Numbered from the whole stretch's first letter, positions 37,638-49,726 are shown. The stretch is 61,749 bases of DNA, filler included, from Basidioascus undulatus (GCA_000826855.1; 9 parts of 9 records of this genome joined end to end with filler, not necessarily neighbours in it); one strand, 5' to 3'. Notes: generated by a model not told the origin, from the letters alone. Program-made: numbers and translations.

Positions 37638-39002
37638 ATGGTCCACTACCGGTAAGTGAGGACAACCCGCTTTGGAGTGGAGCGGCGGCTGGGAGCGTGA
37701 ACGTGAGCGTGAGTTGGCGTGAGCGTGAGAGCAGGGGGTTGGGAATGATGGGAAGGACCTTGAAGCTGGAGTACAAGGTATACACGCAACTCTAAGCTTC
37801 CAGAGTCAAAGCGATCCTTTTGAAGCTTGGACCCATGCATGCCTGCTGCACATCGGACTCCGATCGCCTGGCGTCCACGCCCTGACCTGACCGACCCGGC
37901 CCGCCCTCCTCCAACCCCAGACTGAACGAGAAGCAAGCGAACCCGAACCCGCACGTGAACTTCATCAACGCCCTCCCTGCGCCATCGCAGCACGCCCCGA
38001 CGGAGGAAGAGGCGCTGGAGTACGTCCCTTGCGCCGTGCCCTGCGCTCCCTCCCACGCTGCCCTCCTGATACGACCTGAACTTTCGGACCGGAAGGTACA
38101 TGAAGGCGCTCGCGGCGCAGGTCAATCCTGTGATGAAGAAGCACGGGTTCAGCGTGAACAGTTTGGAGGAGTACGAGTATAATGGGGTGTTTGGGGGTGC
38201 GTGCTGCCTTCCTCTCCTCAGTCCTCGCCCGGAGGATACTTGCTGAGGGGTGTGTGGGTGGAATAGGAAGAAACTGGAACGCGGGTGAGACGATCGGTAC
38301 GCGTAGCTACGCAGAGATGAGGACATGGGGGTGGGTGCTGAAGGATGTGCCGGGCGAGGAACAGAAATCGTTCTGAGGAGGCCAGACGGGTACTTCTACC
38401 CGACTAGTGCGTCTCCGACTTTCATGTATAGAAGACACGCGGGTGCTCATTCTCCGCTGTGCGCGGTACCCAGACTGGCTGATGTAGGCTTGTCTGCCTG
38501 AGTCGGCGCGCCGTCTTCCTTGCTGACCCAGATTTCCACTTCGCAGTTCCGTAATGGCGCACGAGCTGGCACACGTTGGCACTCTCCGCTCAAGCTGAAA
38601 CTCTCCGCCATGACTGAAGCTGTATCGAGGGCGGATGGTAGATCAAAGAGATGAACCATTCCTCAGCGTTCTGGGCTGTGTGTACCTCCCAATCCCCCCA
38701 CTCTCCCACTGCTACAGCGAAACTGATTTTTATGTGTGCATCTCGCAGGTCAACAACATGCTCAAAAGCGAGATCACCGCCCTCCGGAACCGCGGGTATT
38801 TCGGCGACGGTTGGTCTCCCGTCTCCTGTCTTTCCCCCCTCCCGTTCTCCGCCTTTCCCTCCCGTCCCCCTCACTCATAGTAATGCATTTTTACCGACTG
38901 TGAATTTAGGCTTCTGGTCGTCTGGCCAACTCCTCGAGGACGGGACGCCCGTCCACGGGGACACGCCGCTGCAGCCTGGCGATATGGCGGAGTACATCTG
39001 CG
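37638..39002 (+). CDS. WLM-domain zinc metalloprotease (Wss1-like), 3'-truncated
   Basis: MVHYR|LNEKQANPNPHVNFI, MKKHGFSVNSLEEY, GRNWNAGETI, spliced VMAHELAH|IKEMNHSSAFW (HExxHx5H), GYFGDG|FWSSG. Confidence 0.88.
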
Positions 39003-39067
39003 GTGCGTCTCCCTTCCCTCACCTTCCCACACAACCCAGGTCCCCCCTCCCCCTCCCCCTCCCCATC

Positions 39068-39167
39068 NNNNNNNNNNNNNNNNNNNNNNNNNNNNNNNNN
39101 NNNNNNNNNNNTTAATTAATTAANNNNNNNNNNNNNNNNNNNNNNNNNNNNNNNNNNNNNNNNNNNN
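39068..39167. other. Artificial contig spacer
   Basis: N44-TTAATTAATTAA-N44. Confidence 0.99.
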
Positions 39168-40983
39168 ACCTCCTCAGCGACCACATACCCTTTCCGAACT
39201 CCCGTCCTCGGTTCCCACCCCACTTACCGCGAGAGCACACGCCCTCGCGCCCCTCGCGGCGTTCACGATCGCCGCCGCGTTGGTTGCAACGCCGGGGAGC
39301 GGGGTAGTCTTCAAGCCTGAATTCGATCTCGGCAAGGCGCTCAAGAGCGCTGCGGGTGGAGGGGTTGCCGGCGCAATGGCAATGGTGCTCCAGGTCTTGC
39401 TGCTCATGCCGTTGCGGACGGTGATGAATACGCAGGTTCGCGTCGAGTCCTCTCCCCAGCTTCCAAGCCATCGCAGGGCTGATAGTGCGTGCGATGGCGG
39501 GCAGTACCGCTTCGGAGGCACCCTCAGCGAAACGTGGAAGACGCTCCACGCCGACGGCGGTGCACCGCGCTTCTGGGTTCGCCTTCTCCCCCCTCCTCCC
39601 CCACCTCCTGCATCCCACCTCACCACGCCCACCCGCACCACAGGCCGGTCTCCCCGCCGCCCTGATCCAAGGCCCTGTTTCCCGGTTCGGTGACACAGCG
39701 GTGCGTCCCCCTTTCGCTGTAAAGGCTGGGTGGAAGGCTGATGCGGGTGGGTGGGTGCGGGAAACAGGCTAACGCGGGCATCCTCGCCCTGCTCGAGAGC
39801 GTCGACTTGCCGGTGCTAGTTAAGACTATTGGGGCGAGTGTGGCGAGCGCGCTTTTTAGGATGTGCGTCTGCTTTGCTCTTCTCCCGCCCTGCCTCCCCC
39901 CTTCCCACGGACACTGACTACTGAACCCCTCGCTGCGCGCAGGACCCTCACTCCTGTCGATGCGCTCAAGACGACGCAGCAGACCGCGGGCGGCGCGCGC
40001 GGCCTGCGCCTCCTGCGCGAGCGCGTGCGCGCCGAGGGCGTCGGGTCGCTGTGGTACGGCGCGTGGGCGACGGCGGCTGCTACGGCTGTGGGGTTCTGTG
40101 CGTCTCAGCTCCTTCCCTCTTTCCCCATTCCCCCACTCCTCTCTTTTCCTTCCTTCTTCGCATTCATCCTACTCTCTCTTTATCCACCGTCTTCCTTCCT
40201 CCTTCCCACTTTCCCTTTCCCCCTCCTTTCCCCCGAACGCATCTCGCTACTATTGCTTTTCGTCTAGGAGAAGCAAATGCTGAAGAGTGTTGGGTGAAAA
40301 GACCCTTGGTTCGCAAGCTACAACTTCCTCCAGGACGTCCTGCCCGAGCCGCACAACGTCGTGCAGAAGCTGTTGGTGCGTTGCTCGTTTTGGTCTGTAG
40401 TACCCAGACCCGGTGGGCTGCGGTGCTGATGCGATGGTTGCGTGGGTGGTGGGCAGCGCCAAGCGCTCATTGGCTTCGTCGCGTCTGTCGTGTCGGACAC
40501 GATCTCCAACTCGCTGCGGGTGATTAAGGTGCGTTCTCGCACCGCCCCCTTCCTTCCCTTGCCCTTGTCCTCCCTCTCTCCTCTTCTCTTCTCCTGTTTC
40601 CCGCTCCCCTCGCCCTTTCCTCCCCTCATTCCGCTTTACTCTGCTGGACGCTAACGCCTCAACCCGACGCCGCAAGACCTACCGCCAAGTGCACGAGTCC
40701 GAAGTCGGGTACACGGACGCCGCGAAGGCGATCATCGAGCAGGACGGGTGGCGCGGCCTGTTTGGGCGTGGGCTCAAGACGCGGATCTTGTGCGTTGCTC
40801 TATCCCTTCCTCCTTCTTCCTCCTCCTGCATCATTCCTTCTGTCCTCGAATTGTTAGGGCTGGGGAACGTGTGCTAATTGGATGTGCTGCGGTGGGGGAA
40901 ACAGGACCAACGGCCTCCAAGGCGTGCTCTTCTCCGTGCTGTGGAGGCTGTTCCAGGACTTGTTGGCGCGGAAGACGAAGTGA
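39168..40983 (+). CDS. Mitochondrial carrier family protein (5' end uncertain or truncated)
   Basis: GGGVAGAMAMVLQV..LMPLRTVMN.QYRFG, QGPVSRFGDTA, TPVDALKT, SDTISNSLRVIKT, DGWRGLFGRGLKTR. These form three carrier repeats. Confidence 0.88.
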
Positions 40984-41694
40984 TCTCGCTCGACTTTTCT
41001 TCTGTTTCTTGCTGTATATAGAGAGACGTTGCTAGCCAGGTGTTACCTGTGTTTAGGGACTTTCGAAGGTTGTTCGTCGTGCGTGTTTGCAGTGCTGCCT
41101 GGCTGAGGGAGGAAGGAGGTTGGGCTACAGTTCGAACTGGCGACGTAGTTTGACTGCGGGGTGGTTGTCAAAGAATGCAGGCAACGCAGCTGATGTGCCA
41201 GTATTCGCTCGGACGGCAAGATGGTGATCAGGTTGTGTCCATCCAATGAATTACTTGCGCGCCAGCGATAGTACTTATCTTGTTACTGTAGTCTGGTGTG
41301 CTTGTAACTCTTTCTGAGCAGTGTTGGCTTCGCTCGGAGACAAAAGCAGACCGTCCCGCTCGTGTCCGCAACGGCGCAAAGAACCGCAGACTTGACCGTT
41401 CAAGTTCTCCTCAAGTTCACGTTCAGGAGGTTGACGTTTATCAGCACGGACCTCCCTTCTGGCAGTCGGCTGTGGGTGGGCTACGTCCCAATCGAATCAG
41501 CTACATCATCCGCGTGCTGACTTCGCCGAGCGAAGAACAACGCCACCGCAACCACCCGACCGAGCGCACCATGTCCCACAGCTCCGCACACTGTCCATTA
41601 ACCGTTCCTCACCAATACCTAATATTCAATAGTCCATAGTCCGTCCTCCTTCTCCCCCTTTCTCACCTTTCCCCTCCAACCCCTTTCCCCCCAT

Positions 41695-43466
41695 CTAAGC
41701 CCTCACCTCCTCACCACCCAAAAGCCGCCCGCCCACCTCCACCCGCTCCGCCCACTCCTTCTTCTCCCCCTGCCCCACCTCCTCGCCATCCTCGAAGCTC
41801 CGCATCCCCCGGAGACCGAGGCGCGAAAGCATCGCGCCGTCGGTTTGCCATGAGCTTTGGTGGTGGAGAGGGTGGGGGTGGAAGGCGGGTTAGTGGGTGT
41901 GGGAGGGAAGGGAGGAGAGGGGAGAGGGAAGACGAGAGGGGAGAAAGGGGAAAGGGGAAAGACGCACTTGGTGGGGGTCGTCAGCATCCGCTCGCCAGTG
42001 AAGATCGCGTTTGCGCCGGCCATGAAGCCTATTCCCCCATCCCATGTCAACACACACCCAGTCAACGGAACCCATGAGAGAAGGAGAAGAGGGAAGGAGG
42101 GACTCGGGCGCGCGGAGAAAGGGAGAATGGGGGAACGCGGAAAGGGGAAACGGGAAAGGGAAAGGGAAAGGGGAAAGGAGAACGGAAGGGAACGCACACA
42201 TCCCCTGCTCCATCTCGGAGAACATCGTCCGGCCCGCGGCGATGCGGATGATGGACTTGGGAAGGACGAGGCGCGCGGTAGCGATGGTGCGGACGACGTC
42301 GTGGATCGGGACGGGCTGCGTTCCGGACACGTTCAGATTGGGTCAGTCGGTATGCTCCGCTTGTCAATATACGGTCTTGGCGGGAGGCAGGGAGGGAAGA
42401 AGAAAGGGAAAGGGCAGGAAGGAGAGGTCGGAGTGTGGGATGGGAAAGATAAAAAAAATTTAAAAGAAAAACCAAACCCTCACCTCGTTCCCCTCCAACG
42501 GCGTACCCTCAATCGGCACCAGCGCATTGACAGGGAAGCTCTCCGGGTGCTCCTCGAGCTTGCTGAGCTCCCAAATGAGGCCGACGCGGTCCTCGCCCGC
42601 TTCCCCCAGGCCCAAGATCCCACCGGAGCAGACCGAGATCCCCGCGTCCCGCACGGCCTGCAGCGTCGAGAGACGGTCGTCGTACGTGCGGGTCGTGATC
42701 ACCTAAGGAGAGGGGCGGGAGTCAGTGGGCGGGTGATGAGAGGGGGAAGAGAGAAAGAGAGAGAGAGAGAGAAAGGGGGAGGAGGGAAAGGGCAAAGTGC
42801 AAAATGATTATGGGGGACAACGGGAGGGAAGCGAGGAACAAGGAAAGGGGACGGGAAGGAATGCGAGGAAGGGTCGATAGGAGACGGGGACGAGGTTGGG
42901 GACAGAAGGAAAAGGGGGAGAGGGGGAACGTGGAAAGAGGGACGGGGAAGAAGAGCGCTGGGGAGAGCGGTGCACGCACAGAAGGATAGAACTCCCTGCT
43001 CGTGTCGAGGTTGTGGTTGTACGCGGTGAGGCCGGCGTCCTTGAGCTGGCGCGCCTGCTCGGGCGTGAGCATCCCCAGGGTGGTGCACACTTCCATGCCC
43101 ATGCCGCTGTCATCCTCCTCTTCACATCAGTATCTTTGCCCCTCGCACTCCCGCCAGCGCAGCTACAGCGGGAATAGGTCGTCGGGAAAATGAAAGAAGG
43201 AGAGGGGGAGAAAGAAAGGGAAGGTAAGAAGGAAAGCGCACTGACCGGATCTCCCTAACCATCGCCAAAATCCGCTCGAACCCGCGCTTCCTGCCACCGA
43301 CGTCGCGCCACGCGGCGCCCATGCAGAAGCGCGTGCTGCCCATCTCCTTGGCCCGCCTGGCCTCGACGAGCACGGGTTCGAGCTCCAGCAGCTTGGACGC
43401 GGAGGTGGGGGTCGAGTAGCGCGAGGACTGAGAGCAGTAGGAACAGTCTTCGGAACAGCCGCCGGT
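41695..43466 (-). CDS. BIO2: Biotin synthase (radical SAM), 5'-truncated
   Basis: [17 protein letters not shown] (CxxxCxxC), [67 protein letters not shown]. Confidence 0.96.
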
Positions 43467-43597
43467 CTGTGGGCGGGAAGGAGAGCGTCAGCTCGTCTTT
43501 CTCGGCTGACAGTGCGAGGGGGGAGAAGAAAGGGGGAGGGGAGGAGGGGAGTATAGGAAAGTGAGGAGGTGGGAAACAGAGAAAGGAGTAAGGGACG

Positions 43598-43697
43598 NNN
43601 NNNNNNNNNNNNNNNNNNNNNNNNNNNNNNNNNNNNNNNNNTTAATTAATTAANNNNNNNNNNNNNNNNNNNNNNNNNNNNNNNNNNNNNNNNNNNN
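43598..43697. other. Artificial contig spacer
   Basis: N44-TTAATTAATTAA-N44. Confidence 0.99.
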
Positions 43698-43833
43698 GAA
43701 TGTGACAGGGGAGGTGACAAGGGTGACAGTTGTCAATGACAGAGGCTCCAGCGATGCTGATGCTCAGGCTTTCAGCATGCTAGCAACAGAGCTTGTTCAG
43801 AGTGGTAAGGTTGAATGCTAGAGTCAAATTCAC

Positions 43834-45119
43834 TTACTGCTCCAAGCATGACCTTAGAGCAGATTCTTTGGTGAAGAGAATGCACTCTTTGTCCAGGAGT
43901 TCCCTTTTCTGAACCTCCAAGTTCTCCATTTGCTTGCATAAAGTTTCTTCCTGTTCAGCAAACTCTGCAGTACTAGGACATAGTATGTTACAGCCTGCAA
44001 GACTCTGCAACAGCCCAATGTTACTCACTGAGTAAGGCAGCATGACATGTTTGACCATGTCCACGATGCAATGAGCGGCTTTGCTAGTAGATGGGTTGGG
44101 CCACTGGTTAGGCTATGTTTTCATAATTCTAATCAGCACACACTGAAAATGTGCTACTACTACTGCAAGACTTTCGACCCACTTCCTGTGCAAGCAGCTT
44201 GTGTATGAATGTTTCTATGTCTACTGAAATGTGGGTGGAAGCAACAGTACCATTGCACACTGCACATCCCAAAGGTTATAGTCAGGCAGTTGCCTGGGAG
44301 GCAAAGTGTACTAAGTTCGAGTGCTCCTTGGCCATAAGCAACTGTATGCTGCTTACTGTACAGTGCACATCTCAAAAGCAAGACATCCTAAGCCAAAAAT
44401 GTCTGCCTTCTGGTCATGGCCAATGTGAGTTCATGGTGACAAAGTCAAACTCATAAAAACTCCTTGGCCACATTTCTGCATTCAGTGAAAGCTTACTGGA
44501 GCCAAATATCCAGGAGTCTATGGTTCCATTGAGCTAAATCAGAAAGAGTACCTTAACAATCCTCTTGTCGACAGACTCCTATGAGTGAAATGGCATGTGT
44601 TGTTTCTTCCTCGAGGGCTTTCACCAGTCCGAAATTGGCAAGTTTGACTGTACTGTCACGCTTCAGAAGGACTACAGAGCTTCCCATGAGCATGCAAGAA
44701 GCAGTGATGACATGCCAATAGACCCACTGTTTTCTGGCTTGATATCATGATGCAGAATGGGACGGTCTCCATTGCCACTTGTAGTGAAGGGCTGATAGAA
44801 CCTGGCAGAATATTGATCCTAGGCAGCTTTCCGGAATGATTCATTCTGGAATCCTATATCTTAGTGCAGTTTGCATTGAGGGTGTAAACTTGGTGGTGTG
44901 TTAGTGCATACCTATTCTCATGATGGTGTTCCAACAAAGAGCAGAGGTCCTCATTGTCACAGAACTCCATCATGATATGCAGCCGCTGATGACTCTGGAG
45001 ACTTATTCGAAAGCTATAATGTTTGGGTGTGAGAGCTGCTGCAACAGCTGTATCTCTGCAAGAAGGGCCTCCCGAGATTGACGGTGACTGCTGTTCTTGG
45101 TAATCTTGACAGCAAACTC
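43834..45119 (-). pseudogene. NimA/NEK-like Ser/Thr protein kinase pseudogene (introns retained, CpG-mutated)
   Basis: Kinase subdomains in order across exons: EFAVK, EIQLLQQLSHPNII, LHIMMEFCD, ILHHDIKPEN|ILLKRDSTVKLANFGLVK, IG|TPGYLAP|E, DQKADIFGLGCLAFEMCT, then a coiled coil. In-frame stops and frameshifts are present. Confidence 0.85.
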
Positions 45120-47284
45120 CTGAGCGAGTGGCAGTCAGTCAACATTCAATGATAAATGAATAGTAGAAAAAGCGATGGTTCACCGTTTTGTCCAAAATGT
45201 GTTGCTGACTTGCGGATGCCTGCATATGGAAATCACATGTGCATTGGAAGGAGTGGGCACGCAGTGCCTATGAAGAATTGGCAAGAGGGTAGAAATTCCA
45301 GGAGCAGATTACAGGTTTTGCAGCCCCTCATCTCGGACCGTGTCCAGCAGCAGTAGCAAGTGTCAGCCTCTGCACCAAACAGGCTTTCGAGATGAAAAAT
45401 GGGATGCACTAGCAATTCTGAATGTGCTCATGGAGAAAAGCGGTGAGAGCTGGTCTGTTTGTTTGCTAGAGTGATGTATCCTTTGAGCTTTCACGATCAT
45501 TTTTCTGTCATAAGCTGCGCTTTGCTGCCTTTTTCATTGTTTGCCCTCTGCTTTCAGCTTTTCAAGCTGAGACCGTAAGGTAAGCAGTAGAAGGATAAGC
45601 AAGCATGGAAGATGTGAAGGCAAATAGAAATAAGAAGGGAAAAGGAAAGGCAATACATTTGTTGGTTGTGTTCAAGCTTCATGCGTAGCCAATAACCACA
45701 ACTGTAGCCATGACTGTGACTCTGGTTCGTGACAACATAATACATGAAGCGACGATTATGTCCTGAGCCCACCTGAATCCAGCCAAGTCACAACACATCA
45801 AATACTATTTCTTTCAAACAATATTCCGAAGCGGTTGCGTAAAGCCTCAGTCCAACTCCCAAGATTTGATCGTGAAGCATGCCTTTATAGAATGCCTTAT
45901 GTAGGACAAAACATTCCTCGTCTCGTCCACTGCTGCCCCATGCTCAACACTTCCTTTTCAGTGATGGGACTTTAGTCTCAAGAGTGCGAACTTTTGAATA
46001 ACAAAGAGATACTAGCTCTCAGCTGCTCACTGGAGCTTTTTAGGTCGCTGCACCGTCACCTTCTGCCAGTGCTTATGCCATTGCTACTTTAAGTATCGCT
46101 GCATCTGTGGAGGGCTACGCACCCACTCCACCGCCCCAGCATCCTTCAGACTCCACGGACTCTACCTACGGAATGGGGATTGGGAGCACAGATGGCTGGC
46201 AGCCAAAGATGCCCAGCTGCACAAGGCTGGTATTTCTCTTGAGGAAGGGGACGGCTACTGCTTCCAGGTGATCTCGAGAGGCGGACGTGGGAAGATCTGG
46301 GAGGAGCAAAGTATTGGCAGTCTCAATAAACAGAATGTTCTCTGCTTGTGTGTTTGCGTGTGTGTTTGATGACCCTCGAGTTCCACAAGTGCACGCAAGC
46401 TGCACATTCCGAATCAGCATAAATATCTGTCATGAACCAAGCTGACGACATCACAGGATGGGTCACACCCTCAGGCTGATAATCCAGTTGCCACAGTCTC
46501 CATTGCTTTCCGCTCCGCGTCCCACCTGTTTACCCAGTTCCGCTCACTTCCGCTCCACCCTACTTTGCCACAGTTTCCACGAGTTTCCGTCCCCCTCTGC
46601 TTCCGCCTTGTTCTCTTCCTTTCTGCCCCTCTGCCTATAAAAGCCCCATTTGCTAGCCTTGCCCCTCATCCGGTCTTGCTCCTCCTGCCCCTAGGCCGTG
46701 CTCTGTCTCTAGTCTTTGCTGTCTTGCCCCGGTCCTCGCTCCAGTCATCTCATACCTTGCCATCCGTCCTGCTGGTTGTCCCCGTCGTGGGTCTGCCTCC
46801 GCCAAGCTCCATTTCGACAATATCTTTGTATATGTACAAACGGCACTTGTCGACGACCCCTGTTTGCATGAACCCCACCCCACAACGTTTTGAAGCACAA
46901 AATAGTAAGTGGACCAGTGCCGTCCTTTTCACATTGTCCCGTGTCTCCACAGCTGCATCTCTCACTATTGGTCATCCCCAATCCTCCCATCTCGCTTTCC
47001 CCGCACTTTATTACTGACGCACACATGCGTTGTTGGGCATACTGATGATTTCCTATGAGTGTGCGGGGTCTTTTTTTCCCCTGCTGATTAGTCCTGAAAA
47101 GGCGCGGAAAAGGCAGGGTCTGACAACGGGATAGACCTCCAGCGCGGTACACGTTTAAACTTAGGTGTGGAGCGAAAGATTCAGATCATGGGCATAGAAG
47201 TGGTTGAGCGTGAGGAACACACAGGCCGGCTCCATGAAGAGTGTGAACATGCAGCAACTTAGCATTGCGCAGTAAACCGCTGCA

Positions 47285-47417
47285 TCAATGATGCTTCTCC
47301 TGTTCCTCCGCACTCTCACTCTCACTCTCCTCCTCCTCTTCCTCCCCCTCATCCACAGCCAGTGCCGCGAACGCGCCTCTACCCACAGCCACCCTCGTCC
47401 TCACCTTTTCCTCCTCC

Positions 47418-47449
<32 letters not shown>

Positions 47450-48128
47450 ACTGACCTCTTCCTCGCTCTCCTCCTCCTCCCATCTCCCGTCGCTATCCTC
47501 GCCCTCCTCTTCCTCCCCATCATGCACCATCGGTGCGAGACCCTCAGGACCAAGCCAGATTCCCCGCCCCTGGCGCGCGCGGACAAGGTCTTCGAGCGCC
47601 AGGTCCGGGTGGGCGTCGTGTGAGGGCGGGAGGAAGGACCAGGGGATTTGGGAGGTCGCAAGGTGGCGGAGGACTGTGCGTCGAAGCTATCAGAAGACAC
47701 GAAGGAAGGAATGAAAGAAAAGGGGACCGAGACGCACCCATGTTGGCCGCGCGGTTCACGTCCGGCCTCCCCGCCTTGGCGGTCAAGAACCCCATCTTGA
47801 GCGCGTACCTCTCCAGCACTTCCCGCACTTCCGGCACCTCCCCCTGCCCCTCATTCTCCCTGCGCGGTCGCATGCCCTCCCTCCACGTCCTCCGATCCTC
47901 CACCCCCGCCCCTGCCTGCTCCTTCATCGGCGCGAGCGGAAGGACCTCCTCAAGCGGCATGCGCGTCCCGATAGCGCAGAGGATGGGCAGTGGCGCGCGG
48001 AGCTGCGAGATGGGCAGCGTCGCGCCGAGGACTTGGACCCAGAGCGGCGTGGACGAGGGCGCGACGAGCCCGGGGCAGTCGGCGAGCCGGAGGGTCGGGG
48101 AGAGGTAGAGCGTTTGGAAGTGCTTCGT
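47285..48128 (-). CDS. Circularly permuted large-subunit GTPase (LSG1/GNL1-like), C-terminal part
   Basis: TKHFQTLYLSPTLRLADCPGLV (G2/G3 motifs), YALKMGFLTAKAGRPDVNRAAN, and a long acidic tail. Confidence 0.85.
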
Positions 48129-48149
48129 CTAAAGGGCAAGGGGTGGGAT

Positions 48150-48249
48150 NNNNNNNNNNNNNNNNNNNNNNNNNNNNNNNNNNNNNNNNNNNNTTAATTA
48201 ATTAANNNNNNNNNNNNNNNNNNNNNNNNNNNNNNNNNNNNNNNNNNNN
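48150..48249. other. Artificial contig spacer
   Basis: N44-TTAATTAATTAA-N44. Confidence 0.99.
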
Positions 48250-48803
48250 TTGTCATCTTTATTTTTGAGCGCGGCCGGCGCCGTCCCTGCTTGCACACGG
48301 CGCCGGCGCGATGGCCTTGGGTTGCACCACACCACGTGCCGTCAACGCATATCTGTTTCCTTTGCTGTAACCCTAACCCTAGACCAGAATGCTACCCTAG
48401 ACAGAATGCTAGAATGCGGGGTTTCAACAATTGGTGCTGCATACACTATTCGAACAGTAACCAGCTCGTCTAAGGTATACGTATCCTGTTGGTAGCAAGA
48501 TGCCAAGTGCCGGCTGTCGCATGGCAGTTACTTGTCCGGCTGCAATCAGACTTGATCGAGTCCATATTGAGCCTACGAGGAAGCCTGCCGAGATTTGGGA
48601 ATCTATTGATGGAAAACGGCCCAGAAAAGCATCGTTACAGTCAGTTTCGTGAAGAATCCGCGAGGTTGGGTGCCGTCCGCCCGCCCGGCCGCCCGCCGAG
48701 CCGGGAAGCCTCCGCGTTCTGTGCCTTTCATAGCCAGCCAGCCTCGCCCCTCTTCCACTAACTCTTTCCATTCCCTCCTCCTCGCCGCCGCCCCCCGCCC
48801 AGC

Positions 48804-49726
48804 ATGTCGAGCCAGACCAGCGAGCCAGAGTCGACGATCACGTCGGGCACGAACAGCAGGAGCGGCACCGCCAGCGGGTCGCGCACCGGCAGCAACAGAA
48901 GCTCAAGCACGACCATTTCGATCCCGTACGCGCTGCGGTTCCTGGCTGCCTGGCAGGCTCCCCCTGCTGCGGTATGCTGCTCGCGCAATGAGGGCGCGCT
49001 GACGTTGGACTGGCGGTGGGTGTGTTGTTTGTAACAGGCAGACCGCTGCGAATGGAGGAGTCACGATCACCGATCCGCCACAGACGGCGACTTCTTATTG
49101 TGCGCCGTCCACCCTTCCCCCTGAGCGTCCCCTCCGACTCGCTCACCCGCCCCCTCCCGCTCCCACAGACAAGATCTTCCCCTCCTCCGCGCTCACGTTC
49201 AAGTGGAACCATACCTCGCTGTACATTACCCCGACGTCCCTGACCGTCGACGCCGTCGCGACCCAGTACGGCAACACGTACTCGATCGGCTCCGTAGCGG
49301 GCGACGCGACTGAGATCACCTGGGACGCGTACGCGTACTCGACCGAGGGCAACTCGCCTCCACTCGCCGTCGCGACGTACCAGCTGCGTGTGTACGATGA
49401 GGAGGGCCCGCAGGGCACGGGCGGGCCGGGTTTGTTCAGCCCCAATACGCAGCTCAAGTTCGCACTCTATAGCCCGGGCGCGGCGGTACCTCTCGAGAGT
49501 GAGTAGTCTGGCCTGCCTGCGGCTTTTGGATTGCGCGATGGGATGTATGGGGCGATGGGAGAGGACGGTGCTGACGATGCGGTGATGGCCCACAGGCTGG
49601 ACGTGCCCGAACTGCTCAGCTGCCATCCGCGGTGTCTCCTCTCCGGCGGGTATCGGGCTCATAGCAACGGCAGCGGTCATGTTCCTGAGCGGATGGCAAC
49701 TTCTCCGTCGGCGCACGGCAGCATAG
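48804..49726 (+). CDS. Uncharacterised fungal protein: Ser/Thr-rich N-terminus, beta-rich domain, C-terminal TM helix
   Basis: Spliced ISIP|QTAANGGVTITDPPQTATSYY|KIFPSSALTFKWNHTSLY...FALYSPG|GWTCPNCS...IGLIATAAVMFLSGWQLLRRR*. Confidence 0.75.

Noticed and set aside
48368..48381. TAACCCTAACCCTA telomere-like repeat near a contig start
   Set aside because: Only two units, and not at the terminus.
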